From: Patescibacteria group bacterium
GTDB lineage: Bacteria > Patescibacteriota > Microgenomatia > UBA8517
Length of the DNA stretch: 64,000 nt
Assembly (NCBI GenBank): GCA_022868165.1
Contig: JALHYA010000001.1
Span: forward strand, 12,937 to 76,936
Direction of reading: 5' to 3'
The first letter of the stretch is position 1, and every line of letters begins with the position of its first letter. Below are positions 16,032 to 23,307 of this stretch, piece by piece. The notes beneath the pieces were generated by a model that searched no databases, was not told where the DNA came from, and saw nothing but the letters and a program-made list of their open reading frames with translations. Position numbers and translations under genes: made by a program.

Positions 16032-16134
16032 CACGCCCTCCTTGTGGCGAATTATTTGACCGGATTGTCAAGGTGCACAAAAATGCCCGATGTTTCGGGC
16101 AAGTAGCTATATTGTACTTCAATAGGTCAATTTT

Positions 16135-16190
16135 CACAAAAAAAGAGGGCACTCACCTTTGATGCTTTCGCTTCGCAGGTTTGTGCCCTC
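16135..16190 (-). terminator. rho-independent terminator (minus strand) after gene 16253-16678
   Basis: Reverse complement: GAGGGCAC ... GTGCCCTC stem followed by TTTTTTTGTG. Confidence 0.55.
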
Positions 16191-16252
16191 ATGCACCCTA
16201 TCGGAAGTTTAACCACCCGCACCCTTGCTGGACACCGCATTGAACTGGCGAT

Positions 16253-16678
16253 TCAATGCGCCTCAGCGCTCCACTCCCATTCTCCCAGTTCACATCTTGT
16301 TGTCTGTCCGAACGATAACTCCGGCCTCAGGTCAATCGTTCCACTCGCCTCCGTCGGCGACGTAAACCGACCCTCCGCCTCCCCGATGCTTGACGAGGAG
16401 ACATTAATGCTGCCATCACGAATCGGAAACGGCATTCCGGATGCCTGGCTGGCCCATGACCCGGCTGAAAACCCGTCGCATCGTACGTCCGTAAGGCTGA
16501 AACCCACAAACGTGATGGCCGCTCCGTCGTCCGAAACGGTAAAGGTGAACGTGCCGCTGCTGGCCCCTCCACTGATATCGATAGGACCGCTGAATGTGCT
16601 CCCAGGCTCAGGCATTGAAGTCCCGCCGCATGCAACCAAAAGCACTGCGAGTAGCACGAGATACATATGCCGTTTCAT
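16253..16678 (-). CDS. high-GC lipoprotein (island gene Y)
   Basis: RBS AGGAGGG then ATG. MKRHMYLVLLAVLLVAC with lipobox LVAC. Ser/Gly/Thr-rich mature part. Start taken at Met17 of the track ORF. Confidence 0.55.
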   Translation of the reverse strand: MKRHMYLVLLAVLLVACGGTSMPEPGSTFSGPIDISGGASSGTFTFTVSDDGAAITFVGFSLTDVRCDGFSAGSWASQASGMPFPIRDGSINVSSSSIGEAEGRFTSPTEASGTIDLRPELSFGQTTRCELGEWEWSAEAH

Positions 16679-16767
16679 CTCGCCCTCCTTGTGGCGAATG
16701 TGTGACCGGATTGTCAAGGTGCACAAAAAACCCGCTTATACGGGCAGTTCCTATATTATACTCTTAG

Positions 16768-16840
16768 TGAGCCGCCCGAGACTCGAACTCGGAACCGTTA
16801 CCTTAAGAGGGTACTGCTCTACCGATTGAGCTAGCGGCCC
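16768..16840 (-). tRNA. tRNA-Lys (anticodon CTT)
   Basis: Acceptor GGGCCGC/GCGGCTC, D-arm TAGCTCAATCGGTAGAGCA, anticodon loop CTCTTAA, T-arm CCGAGTTCGAGTCTCGG. Confidence 0.8.
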
Positions 16841-16852
16841 AAACGCACAAAT

Positions 16853-18277
16853 TCAGGCTATTTTACCATTTCGGGGAATCGAAAGCGAAATAATTTTTCT
16901 CAACTCGTCGATAATAATCCAAAAATCGGGCTTCTCGAGCGTTATCATCTGGAATTGAACGGCGTTGGTAAACACTTTGGAATCTTTTGCGAGTCTAAGA
17001 GAACCTACAAAAAAGCCCGAATTTTTGGGCGATGTCCCCCTAAAGAAAAGTATCCCTGTTCTTCTTGGCTCGATCTCGCCGAAAATCGGAATTTGCAAAT
17101 CTATGTTTTTGTTATCCAGCATTAGAGAAAGTTCTCCGTTTTTCCAAATCGATTGTCCCGTATTTTTGGCCAGAGCAATACCCCAAAACGTTTGATTGGA
17201 ACCAAGAAACGGCGGAATAAATAAGGCCATTATCTCCCCCGAGGTTTCCTGTTGGGGTTTCCCCGATTGTTTCGTCAGCGACGACACATCGTCGTAGAAT
17301 TTATAAAATTTTCCTGCGCTTTGTTTCCAACTGAATTGGGCAAAAAGCCCGTCGGTATAGGAAAGAATAAAAGGAGTTACTGCTACCACTCTTTTATCGT
17401 TCCATACGCTTTCGAAAGCAAATTTGAATTTGTCTCCCAAAGAGTCAGGATTTAAAAAGGCCCTTGTTTTCGGGTCGTCCGTTGTATGTGCCCAACCGGT
17501 TTCGGTGATAAAAACCGGCAGCTCTTTTTTAACCCCCAGAGAAGATAAAAGACTCAATTCCCAAACATAAGTTCTTACGGAACCTCGGCCGGTATCCGTT
17601 TCCGAACCGGTAAAATTGGGATTCGGATATGAGTGGGAAGACCATCCGTCAATGTATTTCAGGGCATCCGGAACGCTACTCACCATATTGGTCAAAAAAG
17701 TGGCCTCGTCCGTTGTATCTTTGGAGTTGGGAGCAGAAGCATCGAAACCCGCAGGCAGGACAAAATAATCAGGATTGTCGGCTTTAAGCTTTGAAGAAAA
17801 TGCCAAAAGATACTCTCCGTATTCTTTGGGGTTAACGAAACCTCCCCACTCCTTGGCGTGGTTGGGCTCGTTTCCGATTATGATATAGCGGTTTTTTATT
17901 ACCCAATTGAGACCGTCAAAAAAAGATATCCAGCCGTCTATTTCATCGGTAGAGGGTTTTTCCCAAGTCGAACCGTCTCCTACACCTTGTGTTGCTATTC
18001 GCACGATAGGAATAAGGTGGGCTCTTCTGGCCTGGTCGAATACCTTCTGCCAAGTGTTTATATCTCTTTGATTCTTTTGAATGACTAAAGTGATGTAGCC
18101 CCAATCCCCCCCGGTGGAATTTACCAAATGAGCAGCATCCTGCAAATCGGAAGAGTTTTCTATATGTATCCCGAATTTGTTATTGGGAACGCTTGTAGGG
18201 TCGTAGATTGCTAATGTTGTTGATGGTATTAGAACAAGAAGAGCCAAAGCAATGAAGATGCAAAAGATTTTTTTCAT
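16853..18277 (-). CDS. secreted glycoside hydrolase, GH5-like
   Basis: IIGNEPN (catalytic acid NEP) and ITETGW (nucleophile TE) motifs. Signal peptide MKKIFCIFIALALLVL. Start at Met13 of the track ORF, 7 nt after the tRNA-Arg 3' end. Confidence 0.6.
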   Translation of the reverse strand: MKKIFCIFIALALLVLIPSTTLAIYDPTSVPNNKFGIHIENSSDLQDAAHLVNSTGGDWGYITLVIQKNQRDINTWQKVFDQARRAHLIPIVRIATQGVGDGSTWEKPSTDEIDGWISFFDGLNWVIKNRYIIIGNEPNHAKEWGGFVNPKEYGEYLLAFSSKLKADNPDYFVLPAGFDASAPNSKDTTDEATFLTNMVSSVPDALKYIDGWSSHSYPNPNFTGSETDTGRGSVRTYVWELSLLSSLGVKKELPVFITETGWAHTTDDPKTRAFLNPDSLGDKFKFAFESVWNDKRVVAVTPFILSYTDGLFAQFSWKQSAGKFYKFYDDVSSLTKQSGKPQQETSGEIMALFIPPFLGSNQTFWGIALAKNTGQSIWKNGELSLMLDNKNIDLQIPIFGEIEPRRTGILFFRGTSPKNSGFFVGSLRLAKDSKVFTNAVQFQMITLEKPDFWIIIDELRKIISLSIPRNGKIA

Positions 18278-18284
18278 CAAAATA

Positions 18285-18358
18285 AGTGACCCAGGCGCGA
18301 ATCGAACGCGCAACCTACTCCTTAGAGGGGAGCCGCTCTATCCAATTGAGCTACTGGG
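18285..18358 (-). tRNA. tRNA-Arg (anticodon TCT)
   Basis: Acceptor GACCCAG/CTGGGTC, anticodon stem GCTCC/GGAGT, loop CCTCTAA, T-arm GCGCGTTCGATTCGCGC. Confidence 0.8.
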
Positions 18359-18364
18359 TCTCGG

Positions 18365-18436
18365 AGCGGGCGATGGGAATTGGACCCACTGTCTCTTCCT
18401 TGGCAAGGAAGCGTTTTACCGGTAAACTACGCCCGC
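18365..18436 (-). tRNA. tRNA-Gly (anticodon GCC)
   Basis: Acceptor GCGGGCG/CGCCCGC, anticodon stem CTTCC/GGAAG, loop TTGCCAA, discriminator U. Confidence 0.75.
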
Positions 18437-18439
18437 GCA

Positions 18440-18460
18440 GTGCCGAGGGCGGGACTCGCC
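18440..18460 (-). repeat. orphan copy of the 3' end of tRNA-Leu(TAA)
   Basis: GAGTCCCGCCCTCGGCACT (19 nt) duplicates the T-arm/acceptor 3' strand of the adjacent tRNA-Leu (18523-18609). No matching 5' half is present. Confidence 0.6.
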
Positions 18461-18522
18461 GTGCAAAGCATTATACCTTACCTGGCGCTATCGATCCCGA
18501 CCTTGAGCACGAGTCATCGAGT

Positions 18523-18609
18523 GCCGAGGGCGGGACTCGAACCCACACGAGGGATTTTACCCTCAAGGGATTTTAAGTCCCTTGTGTCTGCCAATTCCAC
18601 CACCTCGGC
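18523..18609 (-). tRNA. tRNA-Leu (anticodon TAA), class II
   Basis: Acceptor GCCGAGG/CCTCGGC, D-arm GTGGAATTGGCAGACAC, anticodon stem AAGGGA, loop CTTAAAA, long variable arm, T-loop TTCGAGT. Confidence 0.8.
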
Positions 18610-18690
18610 TAGCCACGTAATTATACGACATAATTGACAACTTCACACCATTTGCTTAAGCTGGAATAGACAGCGAAGGGGGGTGAAATA

Positions 18691-19074
18691 ATGAAAAAAG
18701 TTCTTCCGTTTGTTCTTTTCTGGATAGTCAATTCTCTATTTCTTTATCTGGCTTCGGTTGTCTATCCGTTCAAATTTGTTTTGGGTAATTTTAGGTTTTC
18801 GATGCTTTCGGCAACAATCTGGGCCGGCCTTTGGATAACTGTTTTGGGTTGGTTGGCTATTTGGCTGATCGGAAAGCTTAAAATCAAACTTTCGGGCGTA
18901 GCCCAGATGTTTATATCTTATTGGATAGTAAATGCCGCGGCCGTTTGGATAACAGCCCGTTTGGCAACTATTACAGGCTTTGGCATATTCAGTTTTTGGT
19001 GGGCTATCGGCTTGGGACTTATTCTGAATATTGTTCAGTCTGCTGTTTGGAAGCTGGGCAAATTTGAGATGTAA
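18691..19074 (+). CDS. polytopic small membrane protein (possibly DUF360-like)
   Basis: 127 aa with 4 predicted TM helices. RBS GAAGGGGGG upstream. Confidence 0.45.
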   Translation: MKKVLPFVLFWIVNSLFLYLASVVYPFKFVLGNFRFSMLSATIWAGLWITVLGWLAIWLIGKLKIKLSGVAQMFISYWIVNAAAVWITARLATITGFGIFSFWWAIGLGLILNIVQSAVWKLGKFEM

Positions 19075-19093
19075 CCCTGGTTGACCTTCGAGG

Positions 19094-19165
19094 TGCGCCT
19101 GGGGGGAATCGAACCCTCATTTTCGGTTCCGAAGACCGACGCTCTATCCGTTGAGCTACAGGCGC
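19094..19165 (-). tRNA. tRNA-Arg (anticodon TCG)
   Basis: Acceptor GCGCCTG/CAGGCGC, anticodon stem TCGGT/ACCGA, loop CTTCGGA, T-arm GAGGGTTCGATTCCCC. Confidence 0.75.
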
Positions 19166-19201
19166 TTTTTGTGTCTAAATTCAGGTATAATTATACCCCA
19201 G

Positions 19202-20296
19202 ATGAGCGACATTCGCGAACAAATCGAATCGATAGAAAAGGAAATTAGGGAAACCCCTTATCACAAGGGTACGGAACACCATATCGGAAAATTGCGGGCG
19301 AGACGTGCCCGACTCATCGATAAAGAGCTGGGTTTGGAAGCAAAAAAGACCGGCGGCGGGAGCGGCGGAGGATATGCTATCAAAAAACAGGGGGATGCAA
19401 CGGTCGTTTTGGTTGGACCTACCTCCGCCGGAAAATCGACACTAATAAATAGATTTACCAATGCCGAATCAAAGGTTGCCGCTTACGCATTTACGACAGT
19501 ATCTGTTATTCCGGGGATGCTTAAGTATCAGGACGCCTATATTCAAATCTTGGATGTTCCGGGACTTTTGGAAGGCGCAAGTGAAGGCAAGGGGCGTGGA
19601 AAAGAGGTTATTTCCGTAGCCCGTGGAGCCGACCTTTTACTTATAATGACGGATGTTGAAAGAGTCGCTTTTTTGGAAAAAGTTAAAGACGAGTTAAACA
19701 AATCCGGCATCAGAATTAATTCTCTTCCTCCCAAGGTAACCATTGTCAAGAAGAGTTATGGCGGAGTAAATGTTGTCACAAACGTCAAACAGCCGTTGGC
19801 CAAATCGACAATTGCCGAAATGGCCCGTGAATTCGGATTAAGAAATGCAGACATTACGCTAAAGGAATCCGTGAATTTTGAAGATATAATCGACGCTTTT
19901 TCCGGAAACAGGGTCTATTTGCCGGCAATATTTATTATAAACAAAATCGATCAAGAAAAGGATGGTCTCCGATACACCGATACAGATCACGATATCAATA
20001 TTCTAAAGATTAGTGCAGAGAAGGGAACAGGGCTTGATGAGCTCAAAAAGACTCTCTGGGATAAACTGGGTCTAATCAGAGTTTTTCTGGTCGGTCCGGA
20101 CGAGAAACCAAACTTGGACAAACCAATAATTGCAAAAAGCGGCGAGAATTTGGCCAAAGTTGCGGAAAAGCTCTCCACAGATATATTGGAAAGAAAGAAA
20201 CTTGCAAAAATTTGGGGCAATGGAGCACAGTTTCCCGGACAGGAAGTGCCGTTAACCACACCGGCACAGGAGGGAATGCAGGTTAGATTCATTTGA
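19202..20296 (+). CDS. DRG-type (developmentally regulated GTP-binding protein-like) OBG-family GTPase with TGS domain
   Basis: N-terminal IEKEIRETPYHKGTEHHIGKLRARRARL, G1 GPTSAGKST, and FTTVSVIPGMLKYQDAYIQILDVPGLLEGASEGKGRGKEV closely match the eukaryotic/archaeal DRG signature. Start at Met18 of the track ORF. Confidence 0.6.
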   Translation: MSDIREQIESIEKEIRETPYHKGTEHHIGKLRARRARLIDKELGLEAKKTGGGSGGGYAIKKQGDATVVLVGPTSAGKSTLINRFTNAESKVAAYAFTTVSVIPGMLKYQDAYIQILDVPGLLEGASEGKGRGKEVISVARGADLLLIMTDVERVAFLEKVKDELNKSGIRINSLPPKVTIVKKSYGGVNVVTNVKQPLAKSTIAEMAREFGLRNADITLKESVNFEDIIDAFSGNRVYLPAIFIINKIDQEKDGLRYTDTDHDINILKISAEKGTGLDELKKTLWDKLGLIRVFLVGPDEKPNLDKPIIAKSGENLAKVAEKLSTDILERKKLAKIWGNGAQFPGQEVPLTTPAQEGMQVRFI

Positions 20297-20324
20297 GCAG
20301 CCTTTTTGATATAATAAATGACTT

Positions 20325-20410
20325 GCAGGTGTGGCGGAATGGTAGACGCGCACGGTTCAGGGCCGTGTGCCCCTTATACGGGCGTGGAGGTTCAAATCCT
20401 CCCATCTGCA
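20325..20410 (+). tRNA. tRNA-Leu (anticodon CAG), class II
   Basis: Acceptor GCAGGTG/CATCTGC, D-arm TGGCGGAATGGTAGACGCG, anticodon loop TTCAGGG, long variable arm, T-arm GGAGGTTCAAATCCTCC. Confidence 0.8.
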
Positions 20411-20413
20411 CAG

Positions 20414-20497
20414 CGCACTCGTGGCGGAATTGGCATACGCGATAGCTTGAGGAGCTATGCCCGTAAGGGCGTGGGAGTTCGAGTCTCCCCGAGTGCA
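20414..20497 (+). tRNA. tRNA-Leu (anticodon GAG), class II
   Basis: Acceptor GCACTCG/CGAGTGC, anticodon stem ATAGC/GCTAT, loop TTGAGGA, T-arm GGGAGTTCGAGTCTCCC. Confidence 0.8.
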
Positions 20498-20704
20498 CTG
20501 CGTCGGAGCTCGACTTTAGCGCTTTGTTTCTCTTAAAGAAACTTCGCTGTTTTCAGTCGGCTCCTCCTTTCAAAATTGCTGCGCAATTTTGGTAAAGCGT
20601 TATACAAAAATCCGTAGGATTTTTGAGAGGAGGAACAAGCGAGCGGAAAAGATTTGTGCTTCGCAAGAAGCCAAATCGAAATAAGCAAGCTTCGTTCTGA
20701 CGAA

Positions 20705-20778
20705 GGTCGCTTAGCTCAGTTGGTTAGAGCGTGCGGTTTACATCCGCAAGGTCGGGGGTTCGAGACCCTCAGCGACCA
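20705..20778 (+). tRNA. tRNA-Val (anticodon TAC)
   Basis: Acceptor GGTCGCT/AGCGACC, D-arm GCTCAGTTGGTTAGAGC, anticodon stem TGCGG/CCGCA, loop TTTACAT, T-arm GGGGGTTCGAGACCCTC. Confidence 0.85.
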
Positions 20779-20782
20779 CTCA

Positions 20783-20855
20783 GCCGAGGTAGCCAAGGTG
20801 GTCACGGCGGGCGCCTGAAGAGCGTCAGATATGTGTTCGACTCACATCCTCGGCA
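20783..20855 (+). tRNA. tRNA-Phe (anticodon GAA), tentative
   Basis: Acceptor GCCGAGG/CCTCGGC, anticodon stem GGCGC/GCGTC, loop CTGAAGA, T-arm ATGTGTTCGACTCACAT. The D-stem has only 3 clean pairs. Confidence 0.55.
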
Positions 20856-20877
20856 CTTCTGCAAAGCAGAATGGCCC

Positions 20878-21141
20878 ATGTATAAAGTTTATTTGCTTAG
20901 AAGCAAAAAGATAGCAAGCAAATCATACATTGGAATAACTATTAAGTCTGTACATGAACGCTTACAAGAACATAATGAAGGTTTATCTAGATATACCAAA
21001 TCGTTCAGACCTTGGGAGATAATTTACTATGAAAATTTTTATTGTAAAACATGCGCAAAACAAAGAGAAAAGTTTTTGAAGTCAGGATTTGGGTATCGTT
21101 TTAGAAAATTGATCCTAGAGAGTTATACTAAACTTAGATAA
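20878..21141 (+). CDS. GIY-YIG nuclease-domain small protein
   Basis: MYKVYLL...YIGITIKSVHERLQEHNEG (GIY-YIG/URI motifs), 87 aa. The track ORF upstream of this Met is read-through of tRNA genes. Confidence 0.65.
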   Translation: MYKVYLLRSKKIASKSYIGITIKSVHERLQEHNEGLSRYTKSFRPWEIIYYENFYCKTCAKQREKFLKSGFGYRFRKLILESYTKLR

Positions 21142-21160
21142 TTAATTCTTCTTTGAAGAA

Positions 21161-21233
21161 CGGAGCGTGGCTCAGCTGGTAGAGCGCCTGGTTTGGGACC
21201 AGGAGGTCCCCGGTTCGAATCCGGGCGCTCCGA
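21161..21233 (+). tRNA. tRNA-Pro (anticodon TGG)
   Basis: Acceptor CGGAGCG/CGCTCCG, D-arm GCTCAGCTGGTAGAGC, anticodon stem CCTGG/CCAGG, loop TTTGGGA, T-loop TTCGAAT. Confidence 0.85.
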
Positions 21234-21252
21234 CAAGATAATAGGTTTTTAA

Positions 21253-21323
21253 GCGGGATTAGTTAATCGGCTTAACAACAGCTTTCCAAGCTGTGAAGAG
21301 GGGTTCGACTCCCCTATCCCGCT
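21253..21323 (+). tRNA. tRNA-Gly (anticodon TCC)
   Basis: Acceptor GCGGGAT/ATCCCGC, anticodon stem ACAGC/GCTGT, loop TTTCCAA, discriminator U. I first misread it as Trp and corrected the call on re-folding. Confidence 0.75.
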
Positions 21324-21356
21324 CCGAGTCTTCGAGGAGAGGGTCAAGGTAATCCT

Positions 21357-21371
21357 TATCCCGCTCCGAAT
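21357..21371 (+). repeat. orphan duplicate of the tRNA-Gly(TCC) 3' end
   Basis: CTTATCCCGCTCCGA repeats CTATCCCGCTCCGA (21314-21327), 35 bp downstream of the tRNA. Confidence 0.5.
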
Positions 21372-21373
21372 AT

Positions 21374-22090
21374 TTATTGAGCCGCTTTGGAGCTTCCTAC
21401 AAGTACTATCACATCAGAAGTTTCACCCGAAGGCAGAGACTGAGTTTTAGGATCCACCGAATACTTTTTGGACAAGGTTTCGGATAATTTCGTTACGAAA
21501 ACCGAGTCTATGCTTGTTCGGGTCTGTAAAACAGTATCCGTAAAATTATAACTATCCGCATTTCCTGTACCGGAGACTTTAAAACCTGCGGTTGTCAATA
21601 AATCTTGAACCTTTCCTGCTTCCCCTGCTATTCCGCTACCGTTTAAGACTTTAATTTGATATTTGGCTAAGTCAACCTCAGCTGAAGGAGAAGACGAAGG
21701 AGTCGGCAGAGATGACTCTATAGGCGTAGGGGTGGACGAAGAAGCATTTTTGTTTACGGAGTTAAGAAAATAAAAGACACCACCAGCCAAAGCACCAACT
21801 ATTATTGCAACAGGAATCATTATCCAGAATATGTACCAAAGAGATTTTTTCTCTTCGGTGGCTTTGGGAGATTCGGATTTGGGTTCTTTGGCTTCCTCTT
21901 TTTTCTCTTCTTTCGGTTTCTCCGGCTCGGGAGATTTATTCTCCTCCGTGGATTCTTCCTTTACCTCTTCGGCGGGAAGCTCGTCTATCTTTGCTGGCAT
22001 TTGGGCTTCTTCCGCTTCGGCGGTTTCTTGAGGCTCCTTAATCTCTTCTACCACCACTCTTTTTCTGTGTTCTTCGTCCTTTTTTGGCAT
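21374..22090 (-). CDS. LytR_C (cell-envelope-related attenuator C-terminal) domain protein with acidic N-terminus and TM helix
   Basis: VLNGSGIAGEAGKVQDLLTTAGFKVSGTGNADSYNFTDTVLQ matches the LytR_C pattern. Glu/Lys-rich N-terminus, one TM helix. Confidence 0.55.
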   Translation of the reverse strand: MPKKDEEHRKRVVVEEIKEPQETAEAEEAQMPAKIDELPAEEVKEESTEENKSPEPEKPKEEKKEEAKEPKSESPKATEEKKSLWYIFWIMIPVAIIVGALAGGVFYFLNSVNKNASSSTPTPIESSLPTPSSSPSAEVDLAKYQIKVLNGSGIAGEAGKVQDLLTTAGFKVSGTGNADSYNFTDTVLQTRTSIDSVFVTKLSETLSKKYSVDPKTQSLPSGETSDVIVLVGSSKAAQ

Positions 22091-22112
22091 AACTAAATAG
22101 AGTATAAACTAT

Positions 22113-23069
22113 TCAACTTTTGTTGGAAATGACAATTCCCTGTCTTACCGTTTTATCCTCAAGCTCGTACCATTGGTCGATAAAATCCTTGATTTTGACC
22201 ATCCTGTAACCTGCCTCCTCCGCAGGGTCGGAAAGAATAAAGTATTTGTCGTTAAATCCGACAATAACGGAGTAATGACCTTCACCGAATTTGTGCTTGT
22301 ACTGAAAATTGGCGATTACGGGATTACCCTTTTTTATCAAATCTTTAACCTCGTTTGCAGTCATTCCGACTTTATGATAGGCGTTAAAGTTCATCTTTTT
22401 TGCGGCCTCAACGATTTCTTGCGGGGTAGTTCCCTTTTTGGGAGTGCATTTGGTCAGCTTGACAAGATAGGGTTCTGATACCGGCCAACGAAGGTAATCC
22501 AAAACGATTTTCATTGCAGCAGGTCCGCAGGTCCAAACGACACTTTGCCGATATGTGCCTACGGGCAAGATAAAATAACTTCCCTCTTTGAGCAAAATTT
22601 CCAAATGCGAAGCCGTTGTGTGAGCGGTATTGTAGTCTTGCCCCTTCTGCATCAGGCCCCGCTCGATATATTCATGCCAGATAATTGACCACAACTCTTT
22701 TGTGCCTTTGTAAAGCTCGTCTATCCAGATTTCATAACGCGGTACATAAAGATAACGGTAGTCGTGGCCTCCCATTGTAAAATCCACATCTCCGGCCTTA
22801 AGCCCGCTGCGTAGCTTCTCTCCGTTGATAAACCAGACGGAAAGTCCCTGTAAGTTTGTGAATTTTTCTTGTTTGTAACTTAAAAACTTCTTTCCCCGTT
22901 CGGTTTCAAAGAATTTGCGCTTTTGGGCATGATATTCCTTCAGATTTTTGACCTTATCTATCCTCAAGGTTTCTTCCTGAATTTGGTATATTTTTGACAA
23001 TTCCTTAGGCACGAAGACGATTTTGTTTGGCCGAGGTTTGTTTGTGGAAACCCATTTTCTGCTTGGCAT
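22113..23069 (-). CDS. putative papain-like (C39-like) cysteine peptidase domain protein
   Basis: C-terminal VVWTCGPAAMKIVLDYL ... GEGHYSVIVGFND (Cys/His pair in a C39-like arrangement). Confidence 0.35.
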   Translation of the reverse strand: MPSRKWVSTNKPRPNKIVFVPKELSKIYQIQEETLRIDKVKNLKEYHAQKRKFFETERGKKFLSYKQEKFTNLQGLSVWFINGEKLRSGLKAGDVDFTMGGHDYRYLYVPRYEIWIDELYKGTKELWSIIWHEYIERGLMQKGQDYNTAHTTASHLEILLKEGSYFILPVGTYRQSVVWTCGPAAMKIVLDYLRWPVSEPYLVKLTKCTPKKGTTPQEIVEAAKKMNFNAYHKVGMTANEVKDLIKKGNPVIANFQYKHKFGEGHYSVIVGFNDKYFILSDPAEEAGYRMVKIKDFIDQWYELEDKTVRQGIVISNKS

Positions 23070-23141
23070 AGGTCAAATTATACCTGAGAAGCCGTTTTAT
23101 GGCAAAGAATCGGCTTTTGAAGTATAATTTCACTGTTATTT

Positions 23142-23214
23142 GGTGGGCGTAGCTCAATGGTAGAGCGCGAGCTTGTGGAGCTTGAGGTTGCGGGTTCGAT
23201 ACCCGTCGCCCACC
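23142..23214 (+). tRNA. tRNA-His (anticodon GTG) with encoded G-1
   Basis: G-1 then acceptor GTGGGCG/CGCCCAC, discriminator C73, anticodon stem CGAGC/GCTTG, loop TTGTGGA. Confidence 0.85.
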
Positions 23215-23307
23215 CTTAATTCGTTCGGTTGTTATAAATTGCCTCAATTGCCCCTCCCTAGCGAAATTTGACTATCTGTATGTAGAGATCTATTATTACG
23301 GTCCATC

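Noticed and set aside
15559-16829. Long ORFs 15559-16059(+), 15694-16152(-), 16191-16829(+), 16327-16635(-) in the high-GC island
   Set aside because: They are antisense or out-of-frame to genes X and Y, which have RBS plus signal peptides. High GC inflates spurious ORF length. One of them also runs through the duplicated cassette and tRNA-Lys.
18437-18522. A possible additional tRNA gene between tRNA-Gly(GCC) and tRNA-Leu(TAA)
   Set aside because: Only the 3' 19 nt match tRNA-Leu. There is no complementary 5' acceptor strand and the T-loop is broken (GGCGAGT). Treated as an orphan fragment.
20731-20877. N-terminal 49 residues of track ORF 20731-21141
   Set aside because: They read through tRNA-Val and tRNA-Phe. 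Only the GIY-YIG portion from Met50 (20878) is credible.
21253-21323. Initial reading of this tRNA as tRNA-Trp (CCA)
   Set aside because: Re-folding places the anticodon at TCC (loop TTTCCAA). The discriminator U and the acceptor sequence match the other Gly tRNAs, so it was corrected to tRNA-Gly(TCC).
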